DNA of 64,000 nt from Vicinamibacterales bacterium (GTDB lineage: Bacteria; Acidobacteriota; Vicinamibacteria; Vicinamibacterales; CAVVIG01): NCBI GenBank assembly GCA_050249955.1, contig JBFWPN010000004.1:224850-288849 (forward strand), read 5' to 3'. The notes under the pieces were generated by a model. That model had not been told where the DNA came from. It did no database searches and was given only the letters and a program-made list of their open reading frames with translations. The position numbers and the translations under genes are program-made. This document shows, one piece after another, positions 44,844-54,859 of this stretch; the stretch's first letter is position 1, and the number at the start of each line of letters is the position of its first letter.

Positions 44844-47012
44844 TCAGGCCTTCTGCGCGAGCGAGGTCTTCCGCAGCGGCAGTTCCCGCACCCGGATGCC
44901 CGTGGCCGCGAAGATGGCGTTCGTCAGCGCGGGTGCCAGCGGCGGCACTGCCGGTTCGCCGAGCCCGCCGAGCGGCCCGTCCGATCGGACGAAGGCGGTC
45001 TCGATCCGCGGCACGTCGTTGATGTGGATCATCGGGTAGTCGCGGAAGTTCCCTTCCACCACCCGTCCCTTGTCGATGGTGATCCCGCTCAGCAGCGCGG
45101 CGGACAGCGCGAAGACGATGCCCCCCTCGACCTGCGCGGCGGCGCTGTCCGTGTTCACGACGTCTCCGCAGTCGACCGCCGCGTGGACGCTGCGCACCGT
45201 CAGCCGTCCCGCGGCCGACACGGCCACGTGCACCACCTCGGCGACGATGGAGCCGAAGCACTCGCAGATGGCGATGCCGCGACCCTCGCCGTTCGGCAGC
45301 GGCGTGCCCCAGCCGGCCATGCTGGCCGCCTTCGCAAGCACCGCCTGGAAGCGAGGCCGGTCGTGCAGGAAGAACCTGCGGAACTCGTAGGGATCGCGGC
45401 CGGCGGCGTGCGCCACCTCGTCGATGAACGACTCCTTGAAGAACCCGTGCTGGGAGTTGTTGACCGAGCGCCACTGTCCCGTGCGAATGGGGTGCGTCGC
45501 CTTGACGCTCTCGGCCTCCTTCTCCGTCAGGTACGGCATGTAGGTCGACTCGCGGTCGCCTCCGCCGGTGTACTTCGAGCTGAGGGCCAGCAGCCGCCCG
45601 TTGGCGTCCAGGGCGGCGGCGTGCCGCGAGAGCGCCGCCGGCCGGTAGTAGTCGTGGCGGATGTCATTCTCGCGGGTCCAGATGGTCTTCACTGGCGTGG
45701 GAGACATCGCCTTCGCAATCCGGACGCCGATGTCCACGTAGTCGAAGGTGTAGGGGAGCCGGCGACCGAAGCCGCCACCGAGCAGGAGGTTGGTGAGCCG
45801 CACCTGCGAGGTGTCGAAATCGAGCGCCTTCGCCGCGGTGGCGCGCGCGTTCAACGGGTCCTGGACGCCGGCCCAGACCTCCGCGGCCGATGCGTCGACC
45901 CGCGCCGTGCACACCATCGGCTCCATGGTGGCGTGCGCGAGGAACGGCACGCGGTACTCGGCGGTGACCACCTTCGCGGAGTCGGAAGGCATCTCGGGGA
46001 AGGCGCCGACCGCCTTGTCGAAGTCCGCGAAGATGGACGCCGTGGATACCTGCCCGTGTCCCGCGTCGCTGAACTCGGGCTTCAGCGCCGCGAGGGCGCG
46101 GCGGGCTCGCCAGAAGCTGTCGGCCACCACAGCCACGGCGTTGTCGAGCGTGACGACCTTCTTCACCCCAGGCATGGACGCGGCCGGGGCCGGGTCGACC
46201 GACGTGAGGGTGCCCCCCTGCACGGGCGCCATCTCGATGGCGGCGTACAGCATTCCCGGCAGCGCGACGTCGATGCCGTACTTGGCCGTGCCGTCCACCT
46301 TGGCCGGGATATCGAGCCGCTTCGTGGCGGTTCGGCGAAGCGTGAACGTGTCGGGCGTCTTGAGGGCGGGGCTCGTCGGCACCGGCAGGGCGGCGGCCTC
46401 CCGGGCCAGTTCGCCGAAGGCAGCACTGCGACCGGAGGCGGCATGGTTCACGCGCGAAGCCTTCGCCGTACACGTGGACGGGTCGACACCCCAGCGCCGC
46501 GCGGCGGCAGCCACCAGCATTTCCTTCGCGGCGGCACCGGCCACGCGCATGCCGTATTCGCCCGTGCTGCGGACGGCCGTGGAGCCGCCGGTGACCTGGA
46601 ACCCGAACCACTCCGAGAGCTTGAACGCGCCGTAGTCGACGCCGCGTGCCAGCACGGCCGGCACGTACTGGCCGCCGGCGGCCCTGATGACGTAGCCATT
46701 CGCGTACTCGTCCAGCGCGGGCGCCTCCTGGATGCGCACACCCGCCCAGTCGGCCTCCATCTCTTCCGCCGCCATCATGGCCAGCGCATTGGGCGTGCCC
46801 TGGCCCATCTCGCAGTGAGGGATGAGGACCGTCACCACGCTGTCGGGCGACACCGTGATCCAGGTGGTCAGCTGTCCCTTGTCGGTCGCATCTGCCGACA
46901 CGAGCGCGTGCCTGCCGGGTGCCAGCGTGAAGCCGGCGACACCGAGGAGGAAGCCGCCGCCAGCGATGGTGCCGGCGCCGATGAACGTGCGTCGCGTCCA
47001 CTTGTTCATCAC
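44844..47012 (-). CDS. Tat-exported molybdopterin-binding oxidoreductase subunit (IorB / membrane aldehyde dehydrogenase large-subunit type)
   Basis: '[16 protein letters not shown]' Tat motif. 'CEMGQGT' and 'GGGFGRR' family blocks. 4-nt overlap with the upstream 2Fe-2S subunit gene. Confidence 0.9.
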   Translation of the reverse strand: MMNKWTRRTFIGAGTIAGGGFLLGVAGFTLAPGRHALVSADATDKGQLTTWITVSPDSVVTVLIPHCEMGQGTPNALAMMAAEEMEADWAGVRIQEAPALDEYANGYVIRAAGGQYVPAVLARGVDYGAFKLSEWFGFQVTGGSTAVRSTGEYGMRVAGAAAKEMLVAAAARRWGVDPSTCTAKASRVNHAASGRSAAFGELAREAAALPVPTSPALKTPDTFTLRRTATKRLDIPAKVDGTAKYGIDVALPGMLYAAIEMAPVQGGTLTSVDPAPAASMPGVKKVVTLDNAVAVVADSFWRARRALAALKPEFSDAGHGQVSTASIFADFDKAVGAFPEMPSDSAKVVTAEYRVPFLAHATMEPMVCTARVDASAAEVWAGVQDPLNARATAAKALDFDTSQVRLTNLLLGGGFGRRLPYTFDYVDIGVRIAKAMSPTPVKTIWTRENDIRHDYYRPAALSRHAAALDANGRLLALSSKYTGGGDRESTYMPYLTEKEAESVKATHPIRTGQWRSVNNSQHGFFKESFIDEVAHAAGRDPYEFRRFFLHDRPRFQAVLAKAASMAGWGTPLPNGEGRGIAICECFGSIVAEVVHVAVSAAGRLTVRSVHAAVDCGDVVNTDSAAAQVEGGIVFALSAALLSGITIDKGRVVEGNFRDYPMIHINDVPRIETAFVRSDGPLGGLGEPAVPPLAPALTNAIFAATGIRVRELPLRKTSLAQKA

Positions 47013-47491
47013 GCCGCTCCTTCCGGAGCCGCCTGGGCACCGGCTCTGGCCACGGCGTGGATGGCCGCACGCACGCGCGCGAAGGTGCCGCAGCGGCAGA
47101 CGTTCGTCAGTCCGGCGTCGATCTCAGCGTCGGTGGGGGCTGGGTTCTGGGCGAGCAGGCCGACGACCGCCATGATCATCCCCGACTGGCAGTAGCCGCA
47201 CTGGGGCACCTGGTGATCGATCCAGGCCTGCTGCACGGCGTGCAGGACGCCGCCCTGCGCGAGCCCCTCGATGGTCGTCACCGTCCTGCCGTCGGCGGCG
47301 GAAACGGGCAGCGTGCAGGACCGGACCGGTCGACCATCCAGGTGCACGGTACACGCGCCGCACGCCGAGATGCCGCAGCCGAACTTCGTGCCGGTGAGGC
47401 CGAGCTGCTCGCGCAGGGCCCAGAGCAGCGGCATCTCGGGCTCCACGTCCAGCGTGTGGACGATGCCATTGACGGTGATGGACAGGGCCAT
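47009..47491 (-). CDS. (2Fe-2S)-binding small subunit (IorA type)
   Basis: '[12 protein letters not shown]' and 'QCGYCQSG...CRCG' double [2Fe-2S] motifs. Confidence 0.9.
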   Translation of the reverse strand: MALSITVNGIVHTLDVEPEMPLLWALREQLGLTGTKFGCGISACGACTVHLDGRPVRSCTLPVSAADGRTVTTIEGLAQGGVLHAVQQAWIDHQVPQCGYCQSGMIMAVVGLLAQNPAPTDAEIDAGLTNVCRCGTFARVRAAIHAVARAGAQAAPEGAA

Positions 47492-47529
47492 GGCGACGAT
47501 CCTAACGCCGGCTCCGGAAATTCCCTAGA

Positions 47530-49419
47530 ATGTCCCCCATGACCAGAGTGGCGGCGACGCTGATGGTGCTGGTCGGCCTGCTGGCCGCTCCGGCCCCCGC
47601 GTGGGCGACGTGGACCCGCATCACCTCCGAGCACTTCACGTTCGTGGGCGATGCTCCCGAGCGTGACATCAGGCTCATTGCCCAGCAGCTCGAGCAGTTC
47701 CGCACGGTGGTCGGCCAGGTCTTCTCCAGCGACGCGACCCACTCGCCGGTGCCCACTGTCGTGGTCGTCTTCCAGGACCAGCGATCGTTCGCGCAGTTCC
47801 GGCCGATGTTCCAGGGTCGGCCGGTCGACGTGGCCGGCTACTTCGTCGGCATGGAAGACGGGAACTACATTGCGGTGAACGCCGAGCGCGAGGCTGCGGC
47901 CTACGGCGTGATCTTCCACGAGTACGCACACTTCCTCGTCGGGAGCGCCGTGGGCGAGGTGCCGGTCTGGGTGAACGAAGGGCTCGCCGAGCTCTACCAG
48001 ACGTTCGAGGTGAGCAACGGCGGACGGACCGCCCTCATCGGCAAGCCCGGGCGCGACAACCTGGAACTCCTCCAGGCCGCATCGTCGCTCATGCCGGTGT
48101 CCGAACTCATCGCCGTGCAGCGCGAGTCACCGCTCTACAACGAGGGCGACCGTCGGGGGCTCTTCTATGCGCAGGCGTGGGCGCTGGTGCACTACCTGAC
48201 GCTGGGCTCCCCTTCGCGCACGGGGCAGCTCAAGGCCTACCTGACGGCGGTCGGCGACGGCGCCAACCCGGGCGAGGCGTTCACGGCGGCGTTCGGGGCC
48301 GACGTCCAGGCGCTCGATCGCGAGCTGCGCCAGTACGTCCGCGCCTACCAGTTCCGCGCGCTGCGCGTGGAGTTCGACGACCGGCTGACAGCGACGCGCC
48401 TCACCCCGGCGCAGGAGCTGAGCGAGGCCGACGCGGCCGGGTACCTCGGCGACATGATGGCGCGGCTCAACCGGGCCGACGATGCCCGCGCCTTCCTGAA
48501 CGGGACGTTGAAGGGGCACCCCGAGACGGCGCGCGCGCTGAGCGCGCTCGGGCTGATAGAACTCCGGGCGGGGAACGAGGACGCCGCGTTCCTGCTGCTC
48601 GAGAAGGCAGCGGCGCTGGCCCCGGCCGACGCGGCGATTCAGGGGGCGTTCGGACGGGCGCTCACCCGCCGCGCGGACCGGGGCCTCGCCGACGAAGACG
48701 AGATGTACCGGAAGGCGAGGACGGTGCTCGCCCGGGCGCTCGAGATGGATCCCGGCAATGTGTCGATGCTGGTCACGCTGGCCGAGGTGGAGATGGGCAG
48801 CGGCGCCAACACGCCGAAGGCCGTGCAGTTGATGGAGCGGGTGGTGCAGGCCGCGCCTGCCCGCGAGGAGTACCGGCTGCTGCTCGCACAGGCACTCGCC
48901 GTGAACGGCGACTACCGCGCCGCGCGAGACACGCTCGGCGTGCTCATGTCGCGTGGGAGCCGGCAGGACATCAGGGACGCGGCCGAGCGGGCCGCCACGC
49001 GCGTGGAGACTGCGGAGAAGTCGGCCCGGGCGCTTGCGTCCGCGCCGGGTGTTCGCCCGCCAGAGCCCGACACGCCGCGCGAGACCATGCCGCAGGGGGT
49101 GTTCATTCCGACGCTGCGCTCGATTCAGCCGGGGGAGTCGCGGGTGGTGGGGGCGTTCTCGGCGGTCGAGTGCATCAAGGGAGCCATCGTGCTCCAGGTG
49201 GACCTAGGCACGGGCCCGGTGAGGCTTGCCGTGAAGGCATTCGACGAGGTGGAGTTCCTCAGCTATCGGCAGGATGCCCCGGCCTCGATTGCGTGCGGCC
49301 CGCAGCGGCCCTCCTATCGGGTGCTCGCCACGTTCAGGACCGATGCCCCGGTGACCGGCGCCGGTACGCCGAATCGGGCGGTGGCCATCGAACTGCTGCC
49401 CGACGGCTTCAACCCCTGA
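47530..49419 (+). CDS. secreted peptidase-MA-like (DUF1570-type, HExxH...NEGLAE) protein with TPR repeats
   Basis: Signal peptide. 'IFHEYAHFL' plus 'WVNEGLAELY'. The central region is TPR-like (ARALSALGLIELRAGNEDAA...). Confidence 0.7.
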   Translation: MSPMTRVAATLMVLVGLLAAPAPAWATWTRITSEHFTFVGDAPERDIRLIAQQLEQFRTVVGQVFSSDATHSPVPTVVVVFQDQRSFAQFRPMFQGRPVDVAGYFVGMEDGNYIAVNAEREAAAYGVIFHEYAHFLVGSAVGEVPVWVNEGLAELYQTFEVSNGGRTALIGKPGRDNLELLQAASSLMPVSELIAVQRESPLYNEGDRRGLFYAQAWALVHYLTLGSPSRTGQLKAYLTAVGDGANPGEAFTAAFGADVQALDRELRQYVRAYQFRALRVEFDDRLTATRLTPAQELSEADAAGYLGDMMARLNRADDARAFLNGTLKGHPETARALSALGLIELRAGNEDAAFLLLEKAAALAPADAAIQGAFGRALTRRADRGLADEDEMYRKARTVLARALEMDPGNVSMLVTLAEVEMGSGANTPKAVQLMERVVQAAPAREEYRLLLAQALAVNGDYRAARDTLGVLMSRGSRQDIRDAAERAATRVETAEKSARALASAPGVRPPEPDTPRETMPQGVFIPTLRSIQPGESRVVGAFSAVECIKGAIVLQVDLGTGPVRLAVKAFDEVEFLSYRQDAPASIACGPQRPSYRVLATFRTDAPVTGAGTPNRAVAIELLPDGFNP

Positions 49420-49441
49420 ATCTCCAGGCGCCGTCACGCCC

Positions 49442-50536
49442 GTGATCACCCTTGACGACCTGCGACGCCATGCCGTGCGCCGCAGTCTCTTCACCGCGCC
49501 AGACCTCCAGGGCGCCATCGATACGTTCGGCTTCGTGCAGGCCGATCCGATCCAGGCCCCTGCCCGCGCACAGGACCTCGTGCTGCGGCACCGTGTGCCC
49601 GGCTATCGCGCGGGAGACCTCGAGCGTCACTACGCTCGGCTCGACGTCGAGGAAGAGTTCTTCATCAACTACGGGTTCGTGACGCCGGCGGTCCGTGCGC
49701 TGATGCACCCGCGGGCGGCATCGGCGTCCTGGCCGCCCGTCCGGCGTCGTCGTGCCGACGCGTTGCTCGCTTTCGTGCAGGCTCGTGGGCGTGTGCATCC
49801 GCGCGATGCCGAGGCGCACTTCCAGCACGGGCGCGCGCGCAATTACTGGGGTGGCTCCTCGAACGCCACGACGATGCTGATGGAGGCGATGCACTATCGC
49901 GGGCTGCTCAGCGTGGTCGGTCGGGAGAACGGCATCAGGATCTACGGGGTTCGTGACGGGGCGACCACGGCGCGGGTCCCTGGTCCTCCGACGGCCGAGA
50001 TCGACGCACGCCTGGAGGCACTCGCGGACCTGGTGGTGGGTGTCTACGCACCCGTGTCCGCAGCAACCCTCGGCATGCTCGTGCGGAGGCTGCGCTACGC
50101 CGTGCCGCAGTGGCGCCTGCGGGTTCCACGGGTGCTGGGCCGGGTGCGCGACAGGCTGGCGCACGCGCGGATCGAGGGTGTGGACTGGTACTGGCCCGCG
50201 GGTGAGGCCCCGGCGGCCGCCGGCGCCGACGATGCCGTGCGGCTGCTGGCACCGTTCGACCCCGTGGTGTGGGATCGACGCCGCTTCGAGGCCTTCTGGG
50301 GCTGGCCGTACCGCTTCGAGGCCTACACGCCGGCGTCGAGGCGGCAGTTCGGCTATTACGCCCTGCCGCTCCTGTGGCGCGAGCGGGTCATCGGGTGGGG
50401 CAACGTCGCCCTCCCGCCGGACGGCTCGCTCAGCGTCGACCTCGGGTACGTGCGCGGCCGCGCGCCGCGGGACCGCGGATTCCGGCATGCGCTGGAACTC
50501 GAACTGGCACGCCTGCGCGCGTTCCTCGGCGGGTAG
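49442..50536 (+). CDS. YcaQ/AlkZ-family winged-helix DNA glycosylase (DUF1006)
   Basis: GTG start. 'FGFVQADPI' and 'YALPLLW' blocks are typical of the family. Confidence 0.75.
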   Translation: MITLDDLRRHAVRRSLFTAPDLQGAIDTFGFVQADPIQAPARAQDLVLRHRVPGYRAGDLERHYARLDVEEEFFINYGFVTPAVRALMHPRAASASWPPVRRRRADALLAFVQARGRVHPRDAEAHFQHGRARNYWGGSSNATTMLMEAMHYRGLLSVVGRENGIRIYGVRDGATTARVPGPPTAEIDARLEALADLVVGVYAPVSAATLGMLVRRLRYAVPQWRLRVPRVLGRVRDRLAHARIEGVDWYWPAGEAPAAAGADDAVRLLAPFDPVVWDRRRFEAFWGWPYRFEAYTPASRRQFGYYALPLLWRERVIGWGNVALPPDGSLSVDLGYVRGRAPRDRGFRHALELELARLRAFLGG

Positions 50537-50585
50537 TTCAGCACTGCAGATTGCAGATTGGAGACTGCCGATTTCAGAGTGCCGA
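50537..50585. repeat. seven tandem heptamers (TTCAGCA CTGCAGA TTGCAGA TTGGAGA CTGCCGA TTTCAGA GTGCCGA)
   Basis: Read directly. The array fills the 37-nt gap between two convergent stop codons and runs 12 nt into the 3' end of acuI. Confidence 0.6.
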
Positions 50586-51569
50586 GGGGAGCGTCACCAC
50601 GAAGCGTCCGCGCGCCCGGCCGGTCAGCAGCGTGTCGAACGCCGCCGGCAGGCCGTCCAGCCCGATCTCGGTCGTTGTGCGGTCGAGGTGCCCGGGACGG
50701 AGGTCGGTGGCCAGCCTGGCCCACACCTCGCGACGGAGCGGCATCGGACACATGGCCGAGTCGATGCCGAGCAGCTTTACGCCCCTCAGGATGAACGGCA
50801 TCACGGTGGTGTGCAGGTCGTGGCCGGCTGTGAGGCCCGTCGCGGCGATGCAGCCACCGTAGTCCATGGTGCGCGTGAGCCAGGCGAGCACCTCGCCGCC
50901 TGCCACGTCCACCGCGCCTGCCCACGTTGCCTTCTCGAGCGGGCGCGTCCCCATCTGCACCTCGCCGCGATTGAGCACTGCGGATGCGCCGATGGACCTG
51001 AGGAAGTCGGCCTCGTCCGGTTTCCCGGTGAGCGCCGTCACCGCGTAGCCGCGGGCGGCGAGCGACTGGACGGCCATGCAGCCGACACCGCCGGTGGCCC
51101 CGGTAACCACGACCGGCCCACGTTCCGGTGCAAGTCCGTTCCGTTCCATCTCGACGACGGACAGGGCCGCCGTGAACCCGGCCGTGCCGATGGCCATCGC
51201 GTCGCGAAGCGACAGGCCTGGCGGGAGCGGCACCACCCAGTCGCCCGGCACCCGTGCCATGCCCGCGTAGCCGCCGTCGTGGGACACGCCGAGGTCGTAC
51301 GACGTGGCGATCACGGCGTCGCCAGCGGCAAACCGCGGGTCCTCGCTCGAGACAACCGTGCCCGCGAGGTCGATGCCGCCGTTGACGGGGAAGCGGCGGA
51401 CCACCTTCCCGGTGCCCGTGGCGGCCAGTGCGTCCTTGTAGTTGACGCTCGAGTAGGCGCAACGGATGACGACAGTGCCCGGCGAGAGATCGTCGACGGT
51501 CATCGAGGTGGGGCGCGCGACCGTCCGCTGCGTGTCGTTGAAGAGGCGGAGTGCGGTGAAGCCGGTCAT
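50574..51569 (-). CDS. acuI: acrylyl-CoA reductase / YhdH-type MDR quinone oxidoreductase
   Basis: Colinear with E. coli YhdH (SSVNYKDALA.TG.GK, GTAGFTA, VTGATGGVG, NYGGC.AA.GL, TVMPFILRGV.L.G.DS). Confidence 0.9.
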   Translation of the reverse strand: MTGFTALRLFNDTQRTVARPTSMTVDDLSPGTVVIRCAYSSVNYKDALAATGTGKVVRRFPVNGGIDLAGTVVSSEDPRFAAGDAVIATSYDLGVSHDGGYAGMARVPGDWVVPLPPGLSLRDAMAIGTAGFTAALSVVEMERNGLAPERGPVVVTGATGGVGCMAVQSLAARGYAVTALTGKPDEADFLRSIGASAVLNRGEVQMGTRPLEKATWAGAVDVAGGEVLAWLTRTMDYGGCIAATGLTAGHDLHTTVMPFILRGVKLLGIDSAMCPMPLRREVWARLATDLRPGHLDRTTTEIGLDGLPAAFDTLLTGRARGRFVVTLPSAL

Positions 51570-51611
51570 CGGGCCGGATGATAGCGCGGCCGGCGCGCCG
51601 GGGGCGCAGGG

Positions 51612-52475
51612 TTACGCGGCGATCTTCGCGGCGACGTCGAGAATGGCCGGTGCGTGCGAGTCGAGCCGTTCCATGAAGCGTTCATCCAGCCCGAGCTGGA
51701 CGAAGACCGGATCCTGCTGGAGATCGGCCGGGTCGGGCTCGCACCCGAACCCGTAGCGATGCGCCAGCCTGTTCGCCAGGTACGCGACGGCGGCGCTGCG
51801 CTGCTCGCCGGTGGCAGCGGCGGGGTCGTGATGGAAGGCGACCGGCAGCCGGATTTCCCGGGCAAAGCGCCACAGCTCGAGTGCCCTCGCGCCCACCGCG
51901 GCGTGGCGGCTCTCGATGCAGGCCGCGAGCCGTGCCTGCCCCATCGTGGGTGGAATGGGCTTGTCGTCGTGGGCCAGCTTGAGGATGACGAACTTGCCGA
52001 TGTCGTGCAGCAACCCGTACAGGAAGGCGGCGTCGGGGTCGGCGCCGATCCGCTCGGCCACCTGTGAGGCGAGATATCCGGCACCCACCGAGTGGTCCAC
52101 CATCTGTCGTGCGTGGCTGCCGAAGGTCTTCGGGTTGCGCAGGCGCGAGGTGAGGCACGCGGCGGTGACGAGCTGGCGCACCGCGCGGGTGCCCATGCGC
52201 ACGACCGCCTCGTTCAGGGACGTGATGGTGGTGGCCGATGCGCTGAAGGCCGAGTTCGCGAGCCGGACCACGTTCACCGCGAGGATCGGGTCCTTGCCGA
52301 CGACCTGGGCCAGGCGGGCGGCCGAGATCTCGGGGTCGCGCACCTCCCAGGCGATCTCCACGGCCAGAGCCGGGACCATCGGGCTGAAGGTGTCGAGGGT
52401 TCTGGTCCAGCCGCCCTCGTCGAGCCAGCTGACCCATCCCTGTCCGTGTGCGGCACTCTGCCAGGCCGAAGCCAT
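51612..52475 (-). CDS. stand-alone HDOD domain protein, paralog A
   Basis: ORF trimmed to ATG 52475. 'LAQVVGKDPILAVNVVRLANSAFS' and 'GLLHDIGKFV' HDOD blocks. Confidence 0.8.
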   Translation of the reverse strand: MASAWQSAAHGQGWVSWLDEGGWTRTLDTFSPMVPALAVEIAWEVRDPEISAARLAQVVGKDPILAVNVVRLANSAFSASATTITSLNEAVVRMGTRAVRQLVTAACLTSRLRNPKTFGSHARQMVDHSVGAGYLASQVAERIGADPDAAFLYGLLHDIGKFVILKLAHDDKPIPPTMGQARLAACIESRHAAVGARALELWRFAREIRLPVAFHHDPAAATGEQRSAAVAYLANRLAHRYGFGCEPDPADLQQDPVFVQLGLDERFMERLDSHAPAILDVAAKIAA

Positions 52476-52565
52476 CACTGCGCAGTCTCTCAGAAGAGGG
52501 CGCACGACGACAACCGCCGGGTCTGCCCGGTGGTGCAATCGGCCCGACCTGGTCGTACCTTCAGG

Positions 52566-53432
52566 TCAGGCGGCGATCTTTCTCGCGACTTCGTAGAGGC
52601 CGGGTGCCTTGCCGTCCAGTTCCGCCAGGAAGTCCGCATCGATCCCCAGCTTCACGAACACCACGTCGTCCAGGGGCGAGTCCTGGTTGAGTGAGCAGCC
52701 GAAGCCGTAACGGTGGGAGAGGCGGTTGGCGGCGTAGGTGATGGCGGCCTGGGGGAGGTGGCCGTGCGCCTGGGCCGGCTCGTGGTGCCAGGTGACCGGC
52801 AGCCGGATTTCGTCGGCGAACATCCAGCGCGCGAGCGCACGGCCGCCAATGGCGGCGTGCCGGGCCTGGACGACCGCCGCCAGGCGCGCCTCGGTCATCG
52901 AGGCGGGCACCGGCCGATCCTGGTACGCCAGCTTGAGCAGGACGAACTTGCCGATGTCGTGGAGCAGGCCGCAGAGAAACGCGGCATCGGAGTCTTCGTC
53001 CACGCGGTCGGCCACGAGCCAGGCCAGGTAGGCGGTGCCGATGGCGTGATCGACCATCTCGCGCGCCGCTGCGCCGTATGCCCGCGGATTGCGCAGTTCG
53101 GACGTGAGGCAGCTGGCGGTGACCAACTGGCGCACCGCCCGGGTGCCGACCCGGACGACGGCGTCACTGAGTGAGGTGATGGTGGTGGCCGAGGCGCTGA
53201 AGGCGGAGTTGGCCAGCCGGACCACGTTGGCGGCCATGATCGGATCCTTGCTGATCACCTGCGTGAGGCGGATGGCCGAGACGTCGGGGTCCTGGGCAAT
53301 CCGCGCCACCTCGACGGCGAGCGCCGGGATCATCGCGTTGGTGGAGTCGAGCGTGCGCTCCCAGGCCCCGGAATCGAGCCAGTCTATCCAGGCCTGTGCG
53401 TCGCCGCCGCCGTGCTGTCCCCGGTCGTTCAT
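52566..53432 (-). CDS. stand-alone HDOD domain protein, paralog B
   Basis: ORF trimmed to ATG 53432. Colinear with 51612..52475, including the identical 'VVRLANSAFSASATTITSL' run and the C-terminal 'KIAA'. Confidence 0.8.
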   Translation of the reverse strand: MNDRGQHGGGDAQAWIDWLDSGAWERTLDSTNAMIPALAVEVARIAQDPDVSAIRLTQVISKDPIMAANVVRLANSAFSASATTITSLSDAVVRVGTRAVRQLVTASCLTSELRNPRAYGAAAREMVDHAIGTAYLAWLVADRVDEDSDAAFLCGLLHDIGKFVLLKLAYQDRPVPASMTEARLAAVVQARHAAIGGRALARWMFADEIRLPVTWHHEPAQAHGHLPQAAITYAANRLSHRYGFGCSLNQDSPLDDVVFVKLGIDADFLAELDGKAPGLYEVARKIAA

Positions 53433-53548
53433 CGTGAAATGCCCGCGCCTCTGTGCCGCCTTGTCCCTATCTATCGGCAGCAGGTGGGGACACAGCAGTC
53501 CGGGGGCGACGTGGTGTCCGCCTGGCGGCGGACACACGGACGCGGCGG

Positions 53549-54634
53549 CTAGCGCGGCGCGGCGCCGTCCTCCCGGTCGCGCGATCGGGCGCCGCGGAGC
53601 ACGTTCTCCATGGCGTGGTTCCCCTCGTGGCACGCGTACTCGTACATGAGTTCGTCGGTCTGCACCCACGGATACTCACCGGTCCACGGGCGGTCCCAGG
53701 TCTCGGGGTCCTCGATGGTGAAGCGATAGAGGATCGTCTTCTCGTCGATGCGCGTGAAGCGTTCCACCACGTGCAGCTTGTCGCTCGAGCCCTGGAACTG
53801 GGTCTTGTCGGTGAAGTTCGTGGTGTCGACCACCAGCGTGTTGCCGTCCCAGCGGCCGATCGAATCGCCGTTCCAGCGCCGGACGTTCGCGGGCAGGTGG
53901 GTACCGTTGATCCGGATCACCCGCGCATCGTGGACCATCTCGTTGAGGATCATCACCGTCGTCGGCGTCTGCACGATCTGCTTGAGGTTGTTGTAGAAGT
54001 AGTTCGGCAGCGTGGGCGGGCCGGAGGTGGACCCGAAGCCCAGCAGGCAGCGCTCCGCCAGCGGGCGCGCTTCGGGATTGTCGAAGGCCGTCGGAGGCCC
54101 GGCCGACGAACTCGACTCGTCGGCGCCCGGCGCCACCGCGCGGCGCGCGTAGGCGGCGTTGCGCTCGCGTGCCGCCGCCTTCATGGGCGGGATGCGCCCA
54201 TCAGGTGGATCGACGACGATGGAGGTGCGGTATTCGCCGTTGATCTTGATGACCGTGGAGCCCATGGCCACCCAGAACTGGTTGTAGCCGCCGACCACGC
54301 CGCCACCGCCACGCCAGAGCTGTTCCAGGTACGACTTCGTGGGGGAGGTGTCGCCGCCGACGGGGGGCGCGGCCCGGTTGGGGTCGTCCGGGGCTGCGGC
54401 GGCTTCCTGCCGCTTTGCCTCGTACTCCTCCATGGCCCTGGCTTCCTCGGGTGTGAGCTTCGCGCGGCCCTTGAACTCGGCGGGACGCTCGAGCGGGGTC
54501 ATCGTGGCGACGTCGTAGGTTCCCTGGAGGTCGGGAACCTTCTGGCCCTGGGCGGAGGGGACTGGGGCGAACGGCGCCGAAATGGCCAGGACGACCGCAC
54601 ATCCGAGGGCTTTCCACACACGCTGATCCATCAC
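53549..54634 (-). CDS. conserved secreted protein of unknown function (C-terminal YEYACHEGNHAMENVLRGAR motif)
   Basis: 361 aa with a signal peptide. Divergent from the first TonB-dependent receptor gene. No named family recognised. Confidence 0.75.
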   Translation of the reverse strand: MMDQRVWKALGCAVVLAISAPFAPVPSAQGQKVPDLQGTYDVATMTPLERPAEFKGRAKLTPEEARAMEEYEAKRQEAAAAPDDPNRAAPPVGGDTSPTKSYLEQLWRGGGGVVGGYNQFWVAMGSTVIKINGEYRTSIVVDPPDGRIPPMKAAARERNAAYARRAVAPGADESSSSAGPPTAFDNPEARPLAERCLLGFGSTSGPPTLPNYFYNNLKQIVQTPTTVMILNEMVHDARVIRINGTHLPANVRRWNGDSIGRWDGNTLVVDTTNFTDKTQFQGSSDKLHVVERFTRIDEKTILYRFTIEDPETWDRPWTGEYPWVQTDELMYEYACHEGNHAMENVLRGARSRDREDGAAPR

Positions 54635-54822
54635 TGCACCTCAGTGCCCCAGATTCTACGGCAAGGTTGTCGCCCGCGGCGCGACGGTGTCCTGGCGGTC
54701 TGGCACCGGCTGGGTCCCTCCGACCAATGGGGTATCCATCGATTTGGATGTACCGGAGCAGCTGAAGCATACGTTCGCGTCATTTTCCCTTGGCGTATAC
54801 CCCAAACAGGGGATACTCATGT

Positions 54823-54859
54823 GCTGCCTCAGGCGGAATAGCGAGCCTGAGGCGCCAGC
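54823..54859 (+). promoter_or_regulatory. leader hairpin upstream of TonB-dependent receptor 1
   Basis: GCTGCCTCAGG-(12 nt)-CCTGAGGC-gc-CAGC. A homologous stem with a different loop occurs upstream of receptor 2. Confidence 0.3.

Noticed and set aside
44391-47195. 934-aa plus-strand ORF
   Set aside because: It is antisense to the Tat-exported Moco subunit and the 2Fe-2S subunit. Low-complexity Arg/Gly-rich translation.
49442-50536. AlkZ-like glycosylase as a self-resistance gene of a genotoxin biosynthetic cluster
   Set aside because: There are no PKS/NRPS or tailoring genes nearby. The neighbours are a TPR-peptidase-like protein and acuI, so it is more likely the housekeeping YcaQ type.
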